Positions 46,886 through 61,953 of a stretch of 64,000 nt of DNA are shown piece by piece (the stretch's first letter is position 1; each line of letters begins with the position of its first letter). Below the pieces are notes generated by a model. The model was given only the letters and a program-made list of their open reading frames with translations, ran no database searches and had not been told where the DNA came from. This DNA comes from the human T2T-CHM13v2.0 reference genome, Homo sapiens: NCBI RefSeq assembly GCF_009914755.1, contig NC_060930.1; one strand, given 5' to 3'. A program made the translations under genes and the position numbers.

Positions 46886-47915
46886 ATATATATATGTGTG
46901 TATATATATGTGTGTGTGTGTATGTACACATATTATATTTATATATCATATATACAAAATGTATATATATGTAAGAAGTACATTGGTTAGGTCCAAAAGG
47001 CAGAACAACTTGAAGCAAAGGCAGGAAGGCTCAAAGTGGAGAGGGGGCTTCCAGGTCACAGATAGGTGAGAGACAAGCTGTTGCATTCTTCTGAGTTGCT
47101 GATCAGCCTTTCCAAAGGAGGCCATCAGATATGCATTTATCACAGTGAGCAAAGGAATAACTTTGAATAGACTGGGAGACAGGTTTGCCCTAAGCAGTTT
47201 CCAGCTTGAGTTTTCCTCTTAGCTTAGTGATTTTGGGGGCTCAAGATATTTTCCTTTCACACTAGGGACAGCAACACAGGGTGCCAAGAACTAAATCAAA
47301 TGAGAGTCCATAGTTAAAAGAAAAAATTCAAGAGAGATGGAGTACAAGTCGCCAGGGTGGAAGAGGCTGAAAGCCCTTGGGGCTTGAAGCCTACAGAAGG
47401 GATCATTTGGGGATGGAGGTTATGATTGATATTGAAAGGAATGCTGAATCCAGAAAGATTAGCATGAGAAAGATCCTAGATTTGACCAAAATGGAGCCTT
47501 TGAGAGGGGTCTGAATAGAGTGCAATGAACAAAACACGCAGGAAGTTTGCCAGGCTAAATCAGTTCCGGATCTTTTAATAGAGTGTGTGAATTTCCCAAG
47601 CTTCCTCCTTTTTCATCTTTCTTCCTCCTTTTGGCTCTTTTTCGTGTGTCCACTGGAAGGTTCAATGCGTAAGGAAAGATAAAACTAATTGTGAAATCTA
47701 TTAAATGATTAGGGAAGAAATTACACAAACACTAAAGTTGGAATGAACCTTTACAGATTGTGTGGATGTGTTTTATCATTACCATCATTCTGAGTTGATT
47801 ATATTAAACCTTAATAATTTATAATGTCTGTATGCCTTCACCTAAAAAGAAGAGTGTGATGTGTAAGCCTTGAACTGCTGCCTGAGCTTCAGCTGCTACC
47901 CACTTGGATTGATAA

Positions 47916-49230
<1,315 letters not shown>

Positions 49231-49660
49231 TAATATTTTCTCAAAGCCACTGCATCTTTTTGTTGAGCATTATGTCATGTGCTTCTAGGGCTACAAAAGG
49301 GAAATAAGTGAAATAAGAAAAAGAAGAAATTTCCTTTTCCTCCTATTCAATTAGTGGAAAGAAGATGTTAAAAGATTTAACATCATGCTTTGCCTACAAA
49401 ACTCAGGAAAGTGCCATTTTATTAGGTGCAATACAAGTGTATGAAAACTCTCCCTATCATCAAACTTCCAAAATGCTCCACTTCCCTGGGAAAGCTTTTC
49501 CTCCCCAAGTCGCCTCACTTCCCACCATTGCTCCATGTTGATCAGAGAAGTCTCAGTGGCCTCAACCTATCAACCAGCCTTCTTTCCTCCGCCAATCTGA
49601 CCCAATTATGCACTCACTCTGTCTCTAAAATTACTCACATTGACCCAGGTGTGCTGTGAC

Positions 49661-50298
49661 TGCTGTAGGTGTTGTTGAGAAATTATTTTAGGCAGATAGA
49701 GAGGAAAAGAGGTCCTTGGAAAGTTTTCGTCCCTTTTAAAGCAGCTCCAGAAACGTTTCTTGTCTAACAGGAAAGCCCGGCTCTTAGAACTGGGCTGGCA
49801 ACCTTTGATATGCAAATGCAGGCCATTAGAAACTGGGTCCACCCAACATGGAGATTCCCACATGTCCTCTTGCCCTTGCCCCGTGGTGTGCCTGGCAGCA
49901 TGGCCGACCTCACATATCCCCACGTGTGTAGAACATCAAGGCGCCCTGCATTTGCATATTAAAAGACTAAGGTGGGAGGGCCAGTTTTTGTGCAGGCTAC
50001 GTGAATGACATGCCTAGTCAAACCAATCCCCTGAGCCCTATGCAAATCAGACACCTCCTCCTCTAGCCTCCTCATAAAACTGGCTGGTATCCACCACACT
50101 CCGAGTCTCCTCTCTCAGTTTTGGAGCACCTCTCCCTCTGTCTGTGTACAGGGGAACTGCTTCTTTCTTTCTTCTCCCTTTTCTCTTGCCTATTAAATCA
50201 TCTGCTCCTTAAAACCACTCCACGTGTGTCCGTGTCGTTTTATCTAATTCACATGAGTCAAGATCCCTGGTGTTCCTCCACTCGTCGGAGCCATATCA
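49661..50298 (+). mobile_element. ERV1 solo LTR (LTR9 family, LTR9B-like)
   Basis: TG...CA ends, TSD tgac, aaattattttaggcagatag, three octamer motifs, CCAAT box. Confidence 0.75.
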
Positions 50299-50859
50299 TG
50301 ACTACTTCACTGTCCTTTCATGTCCTGGTTTTGTGCTTTTCTTCCATCTGTATATCCAGTAAATCATTATCACCAAAGATACTTACATCCTGTTTTTCAA
50401 CTGAAAAATCTCATTCACACACATTATCTTATAGAAACCCCAGTGACTTTGGGGCATGTAAAGATATGAGGCTCCCCGTTTCACAAATGGAGAAACTAAG
50501 ACATGAAGAAAACAACCCCATGTTCACAGGTTTAGCAACTGGCAGCATAAAGATCTTCCCTCCTGTGGTCCAGGATTCTTCCCGGTATAGGAGTGCTCAA
50601 TATGCCGGAGCACGAATACCAACTACCATCACAGATGGCGCCAGGGGAGAGCTCTGAGCCTGCATTTTCCTACTGACTTTCATGGTCATCCCTCTCTTCT
50701 CCCCCAACCTGAAACTTTGCCCTTTTTTTCTCAACAGAACAGAAGTTATTATTCAACTTTTTTCTCCACCATTACAGGCTCCTGGATCATGCTCTCTCTA
50801 ACTTTTAGCATACTTATTCTCTACACTGTTTACCATGACAATCACATGTCACTTTGGGT

Positions 50860-51147
50860 CTTTTGTTGTTGTTGTTCTTTTTGGAGATCGGGTTTCACTC
50901 TGTCACCCAGGTTGGTGTGCAGTGGCACAATCTCCTCTTCCTGGGTTCAAGGGATCCTCCATCCTCAGCCTCCCATGTAGCTGGGACCACAAGTGCACGC
51001 CATCACACCCAGCTAATTTTAATACATTTTGTAGAGACAGGGTTTCAACATGTTGCCCAGGCTGGTCTCAAACTCCTGACCACAGGTGATCCACCCGCCT
51101 TGGCCTCCCAAAGTGCTGGGATTACAGGCATGAGCCACCGTATCCAG
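50860..51147 (-). mobile_element. AluJ
   Basis: Antisense, small internal deletion. Confidence 0.85.
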
Positions 51148-51845
51148 TCGGTTCTTTTGTTTAATGTTTCATGTGTGTGTTTTGTTGTCACTGTAAATTA
51201 GTAAGATATTTGTAGTAACTATTATTTTCTAATATTTATTTTATATTCTTCACAATGCCTAATACAGAGAAAATTTACACAAATATTTGCTGAATAGGGA
51301 TGAATGTCTCAGGGGACTGAACAGAAATTCTAGGCTTAAGACATTATCTTTCTTACAGTCAGAAAACTCAGAAATTTTGTGTGTGTGATGATATTGACAA
51401 GCTTAAAATCACATGGCGATCAGAGCCCTACTAGTCTCCAGGACCACGAAGCACCAGTATAAGATCGCAAAAAAATACAAGCCAATTAAGAATAATCCAC
51501 TTTCCAAAAGAGAGCTGCTGCCACCTGCTATGACACCTCCCAAACCATGCCTCAACCACTTTTTGTTCTTTCATTAACTTCTGCTTTCTTTTGTTTTACG
51601 TGACTGCTCATCATTTTTTGGTTGAAAACGTGTTAGATTTGTCAATTCTTCACAGTATTTAATAATTCTGAATATCTGAGCTTTCCTATGGTCAGTTATC
51701 ATAAAGAAAGAAATCTCTTCACTTATCCATTCAAAAACTTTGGCTACTGTACCCCATATGGTAAATTATTATATCTAAAATATATAATGTGTTAGGAATA
51801 TGGTTTTAATATATTAAAATACACTTTTATCTCATTTTTTTGTAA

Positions 51846-52148
<303 letters not shown>

Positions 52149-52503
52149 TCACATGTACATTATTAAAAAGCAAAAACATTGAAGATTTTACATCAAAATG
52201 TTAACTATAATTATTTCAAGGTTATAGGATCATGAAAAGTATTTATCTTCTCCTTGCTTATCTGTATCATTGGCAATAAAATGCATTCTATATGTACTAA
52301 GGAAAAATAATTATTTTAAAAAATTTAAGCTCTAGATATCAAGAAAGTTGATAACACATTTTACTATGAGGTTGAATTCAAAGTGTTTGCCTAAAGAGAT
52401 TATTTCTTCCCTCCTTTTTTCTAAATTGGCATATACTAATCTTTTCTTTCATTCAAGAACTTTTTCTGGTTGTATAATAATTAGAAAGAATGGATGGACT
52501 ATC

Positions 52504-52873
52504 TGTATTAGTCCATTCTTATGCTGCTATGAAGAAATACCTGAGACTCGGTAATTTATAAAGGAAAGAGGTTTAATTGACTCACAGTTCTCTGCATGGC
52601 CAGGGAGGCCTCAAGAAACTTACAGTCATGGTGGAACGGGAAGCAAACATGTCCTTCTTCACATGGCAGCATGAGAGAGAAGTGCAGAGCAAAGCGAGGT
52701 AAAGCCTCTTATAAAACCATCAGATCTTGTGAGAGCTCACTCACTATCATGAGAACAACATGAGGAACAGCCCCCATGGTCTAATCACCTCCCACAAGTT
52801 CCCTCCCCCAACACGTGGGGATTACAATTTGGATTACAGTTCAACGTAAGATTTGGGTGGCCAGACTCTATCC
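52504..52873 (-). mobile_element. THE1 (MaLR) solo LTR
   Basis: tgtattagtccattctt...ggaaagaggtttaattgactcacagttc; 5-bp TSD ctatc. Confidence 0.9.
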
Positions 52874-53567
52874 CTATCCAAGCATATCCTCTCAAAACTC
52901 TGCCTTCCTATTTTTTAATCTCTGTTTTCTTCCCCTTTTCAATCTATATTATTAGAAACAAATGCTCCATCACCCTCAACCCCAATTCTCCTCAGCTTTG
53001 ATCTGGAAGTGTCTTTGGGAATGAGATTTTCCTCAAGGCTCAGGCAAATCTGGGCTGAGCACTCCTAAAATCATTATTCACCCAAACAGGCTTCCTCTGG
53101 CCTCTCTGGGGTTGGATTATACACATTCTCAGCTCCAGGAATGGAAAGGTGGACAAGCACAAAGCAACCTTATCCAAAAATAAGAAATTATGTAGCATCC
53201 TTTTCCTTATATTATAGTATATTCCCTCAGGACAGCTATATACTGGACGCTCAGGTCAAATAAGCCTAGGCTCAAATTCTGACCCCAGAGTCAAACTGCT
53301 GGGGTTGAAACCCTGACTGTACTATTTCTGGGTGACCTTGAGCCAGGTTTGAAGTTCCCTGAACCTGTGTTTTCTCATCAGAGAAAGGGAACTAGTTAAT
53401 AATAACAGCACTTCCTAGAGCTATTTGATTAAAAAATTAGATAATGAATGTAAAGCCTTTAACACCGTCCCTTGCAGACAGCAAGAGGACAGTACATGTT
53501 ACCTCCATGTGCCACACAGCCAGTGGGGCTGGGGAAGCCCTGCATGGCCTGTTGGAAAAGCTGCAAT

Positions 53568-53632
53568 TATCAGGTTGGTGCAAAAGTAGTTGCAGGTTTT
53601 GCCATTAAAGACTACTTTTTCACCAGCCTATA
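53568..53632. mobile_element. MADE1 mariner-derived MITE, internally deleted
   Basis: aggttggtgcaaaagta...tactttttcaccagcct terminal inverted repeats with TA flanks. Confidence 0.8.
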
Positions 53633-55154
53633 GAAAGAAGGGGTCCTCTTGGACTCTATTTTCTGCCTTGCTCTAAGGCTCACCTCAGTGGCTCCTACTG
53701 CCCAGAAAGTTCCAGGCATTGCCTAGAATATTTCATAGGCCAGGAGCATCCATCCATTGGCAAAAGGCCACCTCCACAATGATAGGAAACGTGAGCTCGT
53801 GGGGAGTGGACAGTGGTTTGGTGCTCAATGCCTGAAGTCCATTGAGATTGACAGAGGGATCGCTTGCTAACTTGCTCCCAATGCACAGAACACAAAGAGG
53901 ATGCAATGCCCGGTGGAAATTACTACACCCCATGTCTAGGACCCTGTGACTACAGCTAATGCCAACTTGAAAGCAAAGTCACTTCAAGGCAATCAGGAGT
54001 CGCTGAGCCTTCATTGCTCAGCCTACTTACTGTGTTTTGGTGACTCGGTGTCTCTCTCCCCGTGCTGGCTTCTCAGCTCAGAATATCTGGGACTCCAGCA
54101 TTCCTCTCAAGGCAACTAATTTGTACATAACTTTGGAATGTTTGTGAGTGTTCACAAAATAAAACTGAATAGTACTCGAGTGCCTGGCTCAAACCTTGCT
54201 CCACAGTCCCTCCCTCAAGTCCCCATTACCTACGCAAAAGCTGCTCTAGTTGATTAATCAAGTTGAAAATCCAAGTGTGGAAAACTCTGGTAGCTGTGTT
54301 CCAGAGTAAAAGCCAGCTCTAGCTGGAAAACTGTGAGTGTATTTGACCAAGAGAGTTCAAGTTCAGGCACTTCTCTTTGATAGACTGGCTATAACTGAGT
54401 CTAACCAAGAGGCAATACTAATTCACACGATTCCAGGGGAATTTCAAAGGTGATCTTGTCCATTTAATTGCAATGAAATACCTGGCACATTACGTGGAAA
54501 ATATTAGGTACTCAATAAGTATTTGGTGAAGGTTGAATATTCGTAAGTGGGTCCTTATCATATTATATGGTCAGCATTCACAACCACTAGTAAGAACAAC
54601 TGCTTGACTATTTTTTGTCAGGATGGAAAAAGAGGTTGGGATTTGTGCCTTAACAAGGAACCAGAAAATAAGGTCTTTAATATCATTTGCTTCAGGCTTT
54701 TAATCGGTGGAAAGAACAAAGTTGTTACAAATGACTTGCACTCCCAGCAAATAAACAGCAACGTTCCTGCAACAACCATTTAATCTATTAGAATAGTAGA
54801 ATCTTCAAACATGTTCAAGAAATGGATGAGATTATATATATTCTCATCAGTCCGTAAAACTATTACAGATTTATCCAATAGTGTGCTGTAGTCTGAGCTA
54901 TTCAAACAGAATAATCATAAACAAGTAGCCTAAAATGCATGGTTTTCATGTTTACAGCCGTTTGCTTAGTTTTTCAAATAATTAAAGGTTTTCTCCTTCA
55001 AACATAACTTTGTATAAAGTACAGCTTATCTCTGGATAAACTGTGACACTTTACAAAGAATTATATTCTTTAGGAGTGAATAATGTTAAATTAAGGTTCC
55101 TGGGAAATGTTTTGAGTTGGTTTCATCTTTTTTCCTTTCTCAGAGGTTTGTATT

Positions 55155-55553
55155 ATTTTATCTTATTATTATTATTATTATTATTATTGAGACAGGGTCA
55201 CTCTCAGTCACCCTGGAATGAATGCAGTGGTGCGATCATTGCCTACTGCAACCTCAATCTCCCAGGCTCAAGTGATCCTCCTGCCTCCATCTCCTGAGTA
55301 GCTGAGACTACAGGCATGCTCTACCACACTTAACTAATTTTATTTTATTTTATTTTATTTTATTTATTTATTTATTTTAGTACAGACGAGGTCTTGCTAT
55401 ACGTTGCTTGGGCTGTTCTCAAACTCCTGAGCTCAAGTGATCTTTCCACCTCAGCCTCCCAAAGTGCTGGGTCAAATTCCTGATTTCAAGTGATCCTCAC
55501 ACCTCAGACTCCCAAAGTGCTGGGATTATAGGCATAAGCCACTGTGCCTGGCC
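55155..55553 (-). mobile_element. AluJ with 53-bp internal tandem duplication
   Basis: 55419-55471 and 55472-55524. Confidence 0.85.
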
Positions 55554-56696
55554 TATTTTCCTGTTTTAGACTAAGGTTCAGTCTCTATTAATATATGTAC
55601 ATTTGCCTATAAGTAGTTAAATGTTCTATTCCTCTCTGGCGTTACAGATCAGTGCATAAAACTCTGAAGAATGCAGTTTCCTTCACAATAGTCAGGAAAA
55701 AAAGAACTTCTACCCTGTCCAAATTTGAAAAAATCTATCCAGTCACAGATTTCTACTGCATAGTTAGAAAAAGATTATATAAAATTAACAAGTCTAAAGA
55801 AAATTAAATATGGATCAATTAAGAGGAGGAGAAAAAAGATATTTTTAGTTTTACATAGATTAAATGTATTAGCTTCCTATAATGATATTTACCTGTTAAA
55901 AGAATGTTGTTCTGCTGGGGATAATCATGTAATAGGAATCAGGGTAATTCAAATTCTGCTGAAAAGGGGATTTAAGAGATTCTTATGTCACAGGGAAACT
56001 CAAGAATATGCTTGAAATCCTGGCTATTTATGCTGTCATTAAAGTACTTATGCAGGTACCAGCCTAAATTTATGGATCAAAGTGATCAACGATTACAGAT
56101 GAACCACTAAAATGATCTAACATCCATTTATTGAGAAGTTTCCACTTGCTGTACACTTAGATTGCAGCCTTAGATTTTATATTTGGATCAAAGTTCCATC
56201 ACATTGCATCATTTTCAGAATATTTGAACTTTTATTTCAATACAAACTGAGGTAAATAAATATCCCCCCCAAATAGACGCTGATGTTCCATATCTAACAA
56301 GTAACCAAATTGTCATGATAATCTGGGATCACTATCTAGACTCCATTTATGAAAGAAAATCTTTTATAGATTTCACAATAGCCTGATTTTCATTTTGTAA
56401 ATGTGTCTCATTGTTGAGAGTGTCTTTATTCACTCCCATTCAATGATGAAGTGACTCTACTGTTTGAGGCCCAATGCCACAAGTTAACTTCATAGAAATG
56501 AGTCACGTCCAATTTGGCCCCTAGAAGTGCTTGCCAGCAATACAGATGGGCTTATTACTAGCACATAAAATTACTTTCATTCTTTACCTCCTGTATTAGC
56601 TTCCAAGAAGGGCTCCATTGGTTTATAATATTTTTGTTTTCTTCTAAGTATATACGCTTACTTTCATTTGGCCCATACATCAACGCAATTGGTTAG

Positions 56697-56993
56697 TTTT
56701 TTTATTTTTTCAGAGACAGAGTCTTACTCTGCTGCCCAGGCTGTACACCAGTGGCACAATCATAGCTCACTGCAGCTTCAAACTCCTATGCTCAAGAGAT
56801 CCTTCTGCCTCAGCCTCCTGAGTAGCTGGGATTACAGGCACACATCACCACACCTGGCCACATTTTTTTGTTTTTGTAGAGATGGGATCTTGCTTTATTG
56901 CCCAGTGGGTCTTCAACTCCTGGCATCAAGCGATCCTCCCAACTCTGCCTCCCAAAGTGCTAGGATTACAGGCATCAACCACCCCACCTGGCC
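56697..56993 (-). mobile_element. AluJ
   Basis: Antisense dimer. Confidence 0.85.
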
Positions 56994-57773
56994 TGGTTTG
57001 GTATTTTTATCTCAGCTTTTATAGATGAGACAACTCAAGCGTGGAGAAGTTAAATGCTTGCTTGTAGCGCAAAACTATCATATACTACAGGCAGGACACT
57101 CAAGTCTCCTAGCCTTTTGATCTGCGGTGTTCCCGCTAAAAAATTGAGCCTAATAGAAGGCCCCATCAATATGGGTCCAATGATACTCAAAATGGAAATT
57201 GAATATTTTAAAATTAGATTGGGTATTGTTATGAAAGAGCAGCATGAGGGATCTTTGTGGTGACGGAACAGTCACATATCTTGACTGTGGTTGTGAACTA
57301 CCCAGGAATGGTTCTGAGGTCCCCCCAGTCCCCTTTTGTTCCCTGCTGGCTGGAAGCATTTCCTACGTGGTACCACCTGACTGCCTAAGAAGACAATCAC
57401 GGATGTGCAATCATGTCAAGGCACAGGCAGTTTCCTGGAAAAAAGAACAACTCCTTTCCACTATCTCTTCACTAAGGAATAGAAAAGAATTTCACTTGGG
57501 CGATTTTAAAGTAGAGAGCAAATCTGCTCTGCTCAGACTCGCCCTTGGTGTCAAATCACTATTTATATAACAAAACCTTTAACATAAATGAAAACAATGT
57601 AATGTGTAGAATGGTAGACCACAGGCTCAGAGACACAAAGGTCTGGGTTTGAATCCCTCTCCCCTGCCTATTGTGGTGGTTTGAGGCAGGGGACTTTACC
57701 TCTCTAAGCTTCAATTTCATGGAGATAACAATAGTACTATTTCCCAGAACTGTTTTAAGAAGTGGCTTAAATA

Positions 57774-58135
57774 GCATAAAAAGGAACAAGATCATGTCCT
57801 TTGCAGGGACATGGATGGAGCTGGAAGCCATTATCCTCAGCAAACTAACGCAGGAACAAGAAACCAAATACCGCATGTTCTCACTTACAAGTGGGAGCTG
57901 AACAATGAGAACACATGGACATAGGGAGCGGAAAAACACACACTGAGGCCTGTGAGGGCCGGGGGAGAGGGAGAGCATCAGGAAGAATAAGCTAATGGAT
58001 GCTGGGCTTCACACCTAGGTGATGAGTTGATCTATGCAGCAAACCACCATGGCACACATTTACCTATGTAACAAACCTGCATATCCTGCACATGCACACT
58101 GGAACGTAAAGTAAAAGTTGAAGAAAAAAAAAAAG
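57774..58135 (+). mobile_element. L1PA 3' end inserted in a MIR
   Basis: IKRNKIMSFAGTWMELEAIILSKLTQEQ, 3'UTR and poly-A. Confidence 0.92.
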
Positions 58136-59246
58136 AAATTGTAAATGTAACTAAATGTAAATGTAAACTAAAAGGTAAAAATAAAAGTGCAGATCACAGT
58201 GTCTAGAACCTAGCAAGTGCTCAGTAATATCATTGGTTTTTTATTCAGCATTCCACGTATGAAATATTCAGAAAATGCTATAGAATCTGTTGGGAATCCT
58301 ATCTTGCTGCTGTTTCTATTTCAATGCTTAGTGCATGCTGGGTTTTTGTTTCTTCAATTAATTCTTTCATTTCTAACTTGACTTAGTTTTCCTTGACGAT
58401 CTGGTCATTTTTTTATTCAGACTTCTTTTGAAAGACTCATCCACATTCTAGTAACTTTGGGCTGAGTTTAAGCTGGCTCACTTTTCACCTTTCAGCTGCT
58501 TCTATGTCAATCCCTGTGTCAGTCTGGGAGACCTGTCTTTGCTCACATTTGTTCAGCCCTTTGCCTTTTTGTCTGCCGACTATCTCTCCTTTCTAAGACA
58601 AAGATTGATTCTAAGACAAAGACAGAAGATTCTTTTCAATGCCTACAAGCCAAAATATTTTATTTTGGTTACGTCCCTGATAAGGGACTCCATGGTGACC
58701 TGCTGGCCCTGTGAGACGGCAGGGCCAAGATTCTAACAACAGGAATGATAATTCTTGAATCTATAAAATAATCTGTGACTCTATAGAAATGTTTTTATGA
58801 CCTCTCCCTATGAGTACCAAGATGATAAACATATGGCAACATTCCCTAAGAAATGTATTAACAATTATATTGGGAGATTTAAATTTAACTTATAATTAAT
58901 AACTGACAAATTGACTATTGCATTTTTTAGGAAATCATCAAACTCAGGTTTAGACGCAGTTATAAGTCATCCAGAGAAAATAACCCATTTTCATGTCATT
59001 CTAGGAATTAATCAGACCAGCCAGCCCCAGTGGGACCACGTTTCCTTTTTCTCACTTCAGAGTTGACACATGATTCTGCACCAGCCTTACTCTCAAAGGG
59101 GATTTCCCTACAAAGACTAAATAACATAAATTTTAAGTGTCATTTCTTAGACTGCAATGAACCATGAACTTCAGCACACTATCACTAAAACATTGCTTTT
59201 GTCGTCCTGTTGGTGGAAGATTTAAGGAGGGTTACATTTTTGTCCA

Positions 59247-59563
59247 TTTCTTTTCTTTTCCTTTTCCTTTTTTTTTTTTTTTTTTTTGAGATGAAGTCTC
59301 CCTCATTGCCCAGGCTGGAGTGCAGCTGCGTGATCTCGGCTCACTGCGCCTCCCGGATTCAAGTGGTTCTTGTGCCTCAGCCTCTTGAGTAGCTGGGATT
59401 ACGTGCGCCCGCACCATGCCCAGCTAATTTTTGTATTTTTGGTAGAAACAGGGTTTCGCCATGTTGGCCAGAGTGGTTTGGAACTCCTGACCTCAGGTGA
59501 TCCGCCCGCCTTGGCCTCCCAAAGTCCTGGGATTACAGGCATGAGAGCCACCGCACCCGGGCC
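59247..59563 (-). mobile_element. AluS
   Basis: Antisense dimer. Confidence 0.9.
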
Positions 59564-60227
59564 TATTTACTTTCTTTCAACGTTTGTTTTATTTTCAGAT
59601 TATTAAAATAGTTCAGGTATGTTCCACTAATGAAAAATCTGGGAAGAAAATAGAGTACAAAGTACAAAGAAAGAAGAACCACGAGCTATAAGCCCACTAC
59701 TCATATATTAACATTTTAATGCATTTCACCCAAATCTTGCTTCTCTGCAGTATTTTTACATAGTTGAAAAAGTTATGTTCCTCCTTTTTGGACTTAGCAT
59801 TACATCATGAGACTATTTCCATAAATATCATTTTCTTGATGACATTTCTTTATATACCACCATGTGTTCAACCATTCTGATAACTAGGCTTATCATATTT
59901 ATTTTAAATTAATGATTCTTTTAAAAACTCACTTTCACTTTACAAAATTCAGAAAATGCACAAAGCATAAAGAAGAAAAGAGAAATTAGAGATTAAATTT
60001 TTAAGCGTGGCTCTGGCAACTTGAAAACTGATATCGATAACTGCCATTTAATGCAATCATATTTTTAACCCTCACACAACAACCCAAAAAGTCAATATGT
60101 TATAGTCACCACTTTATAGGTTCGGAGGTCACAGAGCTGGTAGGTTCGGAGATATAGATTTTGAACAGATATGTCTGAGCCCCCAACTGTGTTTTCTCTT
60201 GGCTAAATTATACTGACCTTCCCATGA

Positions 60228-60692
60228 TTACCTCCACCATTACCTCTACTACCATCACCTCCAACCACCATCTCCGCCATCTGTACCATCACCTCTACCA
60301 TCACTTCCTCAACCATCTCCACCATGTCTACCATCACTTCTACCATCTGTCACCTCCACCGTCACCTCCAACCACCATCTCCACCACCACCTCCACCACC
60401 ACCTCCACCATCTCCTCCACCACCACCTCCACCATCTCCTCCACCACCACCTCCACCATCTCCTCCACCACCACCTCCACCATCTCCTCCACAACCACCT
60501 CCACCATCTCTACCGTCACTTCCACCATCACCTCTACCACTCCAATCACCATTTCTACCATCTCCATTACCACCTCCACCATCGCCTCCACAACCACCTC
60601 TACCATCTCCACCGTCACTTCCACCATCACCTCCCCTACGACCACCACTTCCAACACCACCCCCTTTATCTCCACCTCCACCTCCACCACCA
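60228..60692. repeat. (CCA/TGG)-based low-complexity tract with a 24-bp VNTR core
   Basis: accaccacctccaccatctcctcc x4 perfect at 60395-60490. Confidence 0.95.
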
Positions 60693-61016
60693 TGTATCGC
60701 CAACCCTTTCACTTTACTGACCTGGGGATTTTTCTGATCCCCGTTCTACACACCCTTTCTTTACTCCACACCTTCATATTCTCCTCTCCTCCTCCACTCT
60801 GACCTTTTCTAACATTCACTTTTTAAAGTGCCTGAGTAACAGAGATAAAGCAATGGCTTTCCTACCACATTCATTTTATGAATTATGCCAGTTATTCATT
60901 CATTCAACAAATATTTACTGAGAGCAGGCACTGTTCTGAGCACTTGGGAGCACAAGTAACTCCTCCATTTGCAGGATTCTCTTTAAGGCTAAAAAGCTTA
61001 TTTTTTAGGATTTTTC

Positions 61017-61018
<2 letters not shown>

Positions 61019-61049
<31 letters not shown>
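61019..61049. repeat. (CA)n microsatellite
   Basis: Direct reading. Confidence 0.95.
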
Positions 61050-61050
<1 letters not shown>

Positions 61051-61445
61051 ATTTGCCACATTAGACCTACTTGCAAATTGTTAACCTGTACTGCAATTAT
61101 CAGCTCACACTGCAGAGCCTCCAAGCTGGATGGAAAGCAGAAGTGAGCTGTTCAAAAGGATGCACGAGTCAAAAGGAAAGTCTCAGGCAATAGTGATGAA
61201 GTAATTTCTTATCTCTTATTGCCACAGCAAACTACCGCAGGAAAGAACTTCCTATTTCCATACTCTGATGATGTATATTTGCTTAACACAGCTTGCCTGA
61301 AATAGTTCATACATGGACCCACTCCAGAAAAGACACTTGATTTATAAAAAGAGGAATGGAAGGAAATTATAAGGTAAATTAAAGAATGAGTTCATCAACA
61401 CATACACAAACTTACACCCTTTTCTTCCTTGCTTGCATGATGTGA

Positions 61446-61953
<508 letters not shown>

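Noticed and set aside
50625-50645. CTCF site (cagatggcgcc; similar half-matches near 1900, 25900 and 51520)
   Set aside because: Only the 3' half of the core matches; cannot be called without ChIP data.
58590-58625. 18-bp tandem duplication (ttctaagacaaaga) and a similar short doublet near 31703-31728
   Set aside because: Ordinary slippage duplications with no further structure.
60224-60802. Mucin-like Thr/Ser-rich or formin-like poly-Pro ORF
   Set aside because: Stop-free frames follow from CCA-repeat composition; no signal peptide, domain or supporting splice structure.
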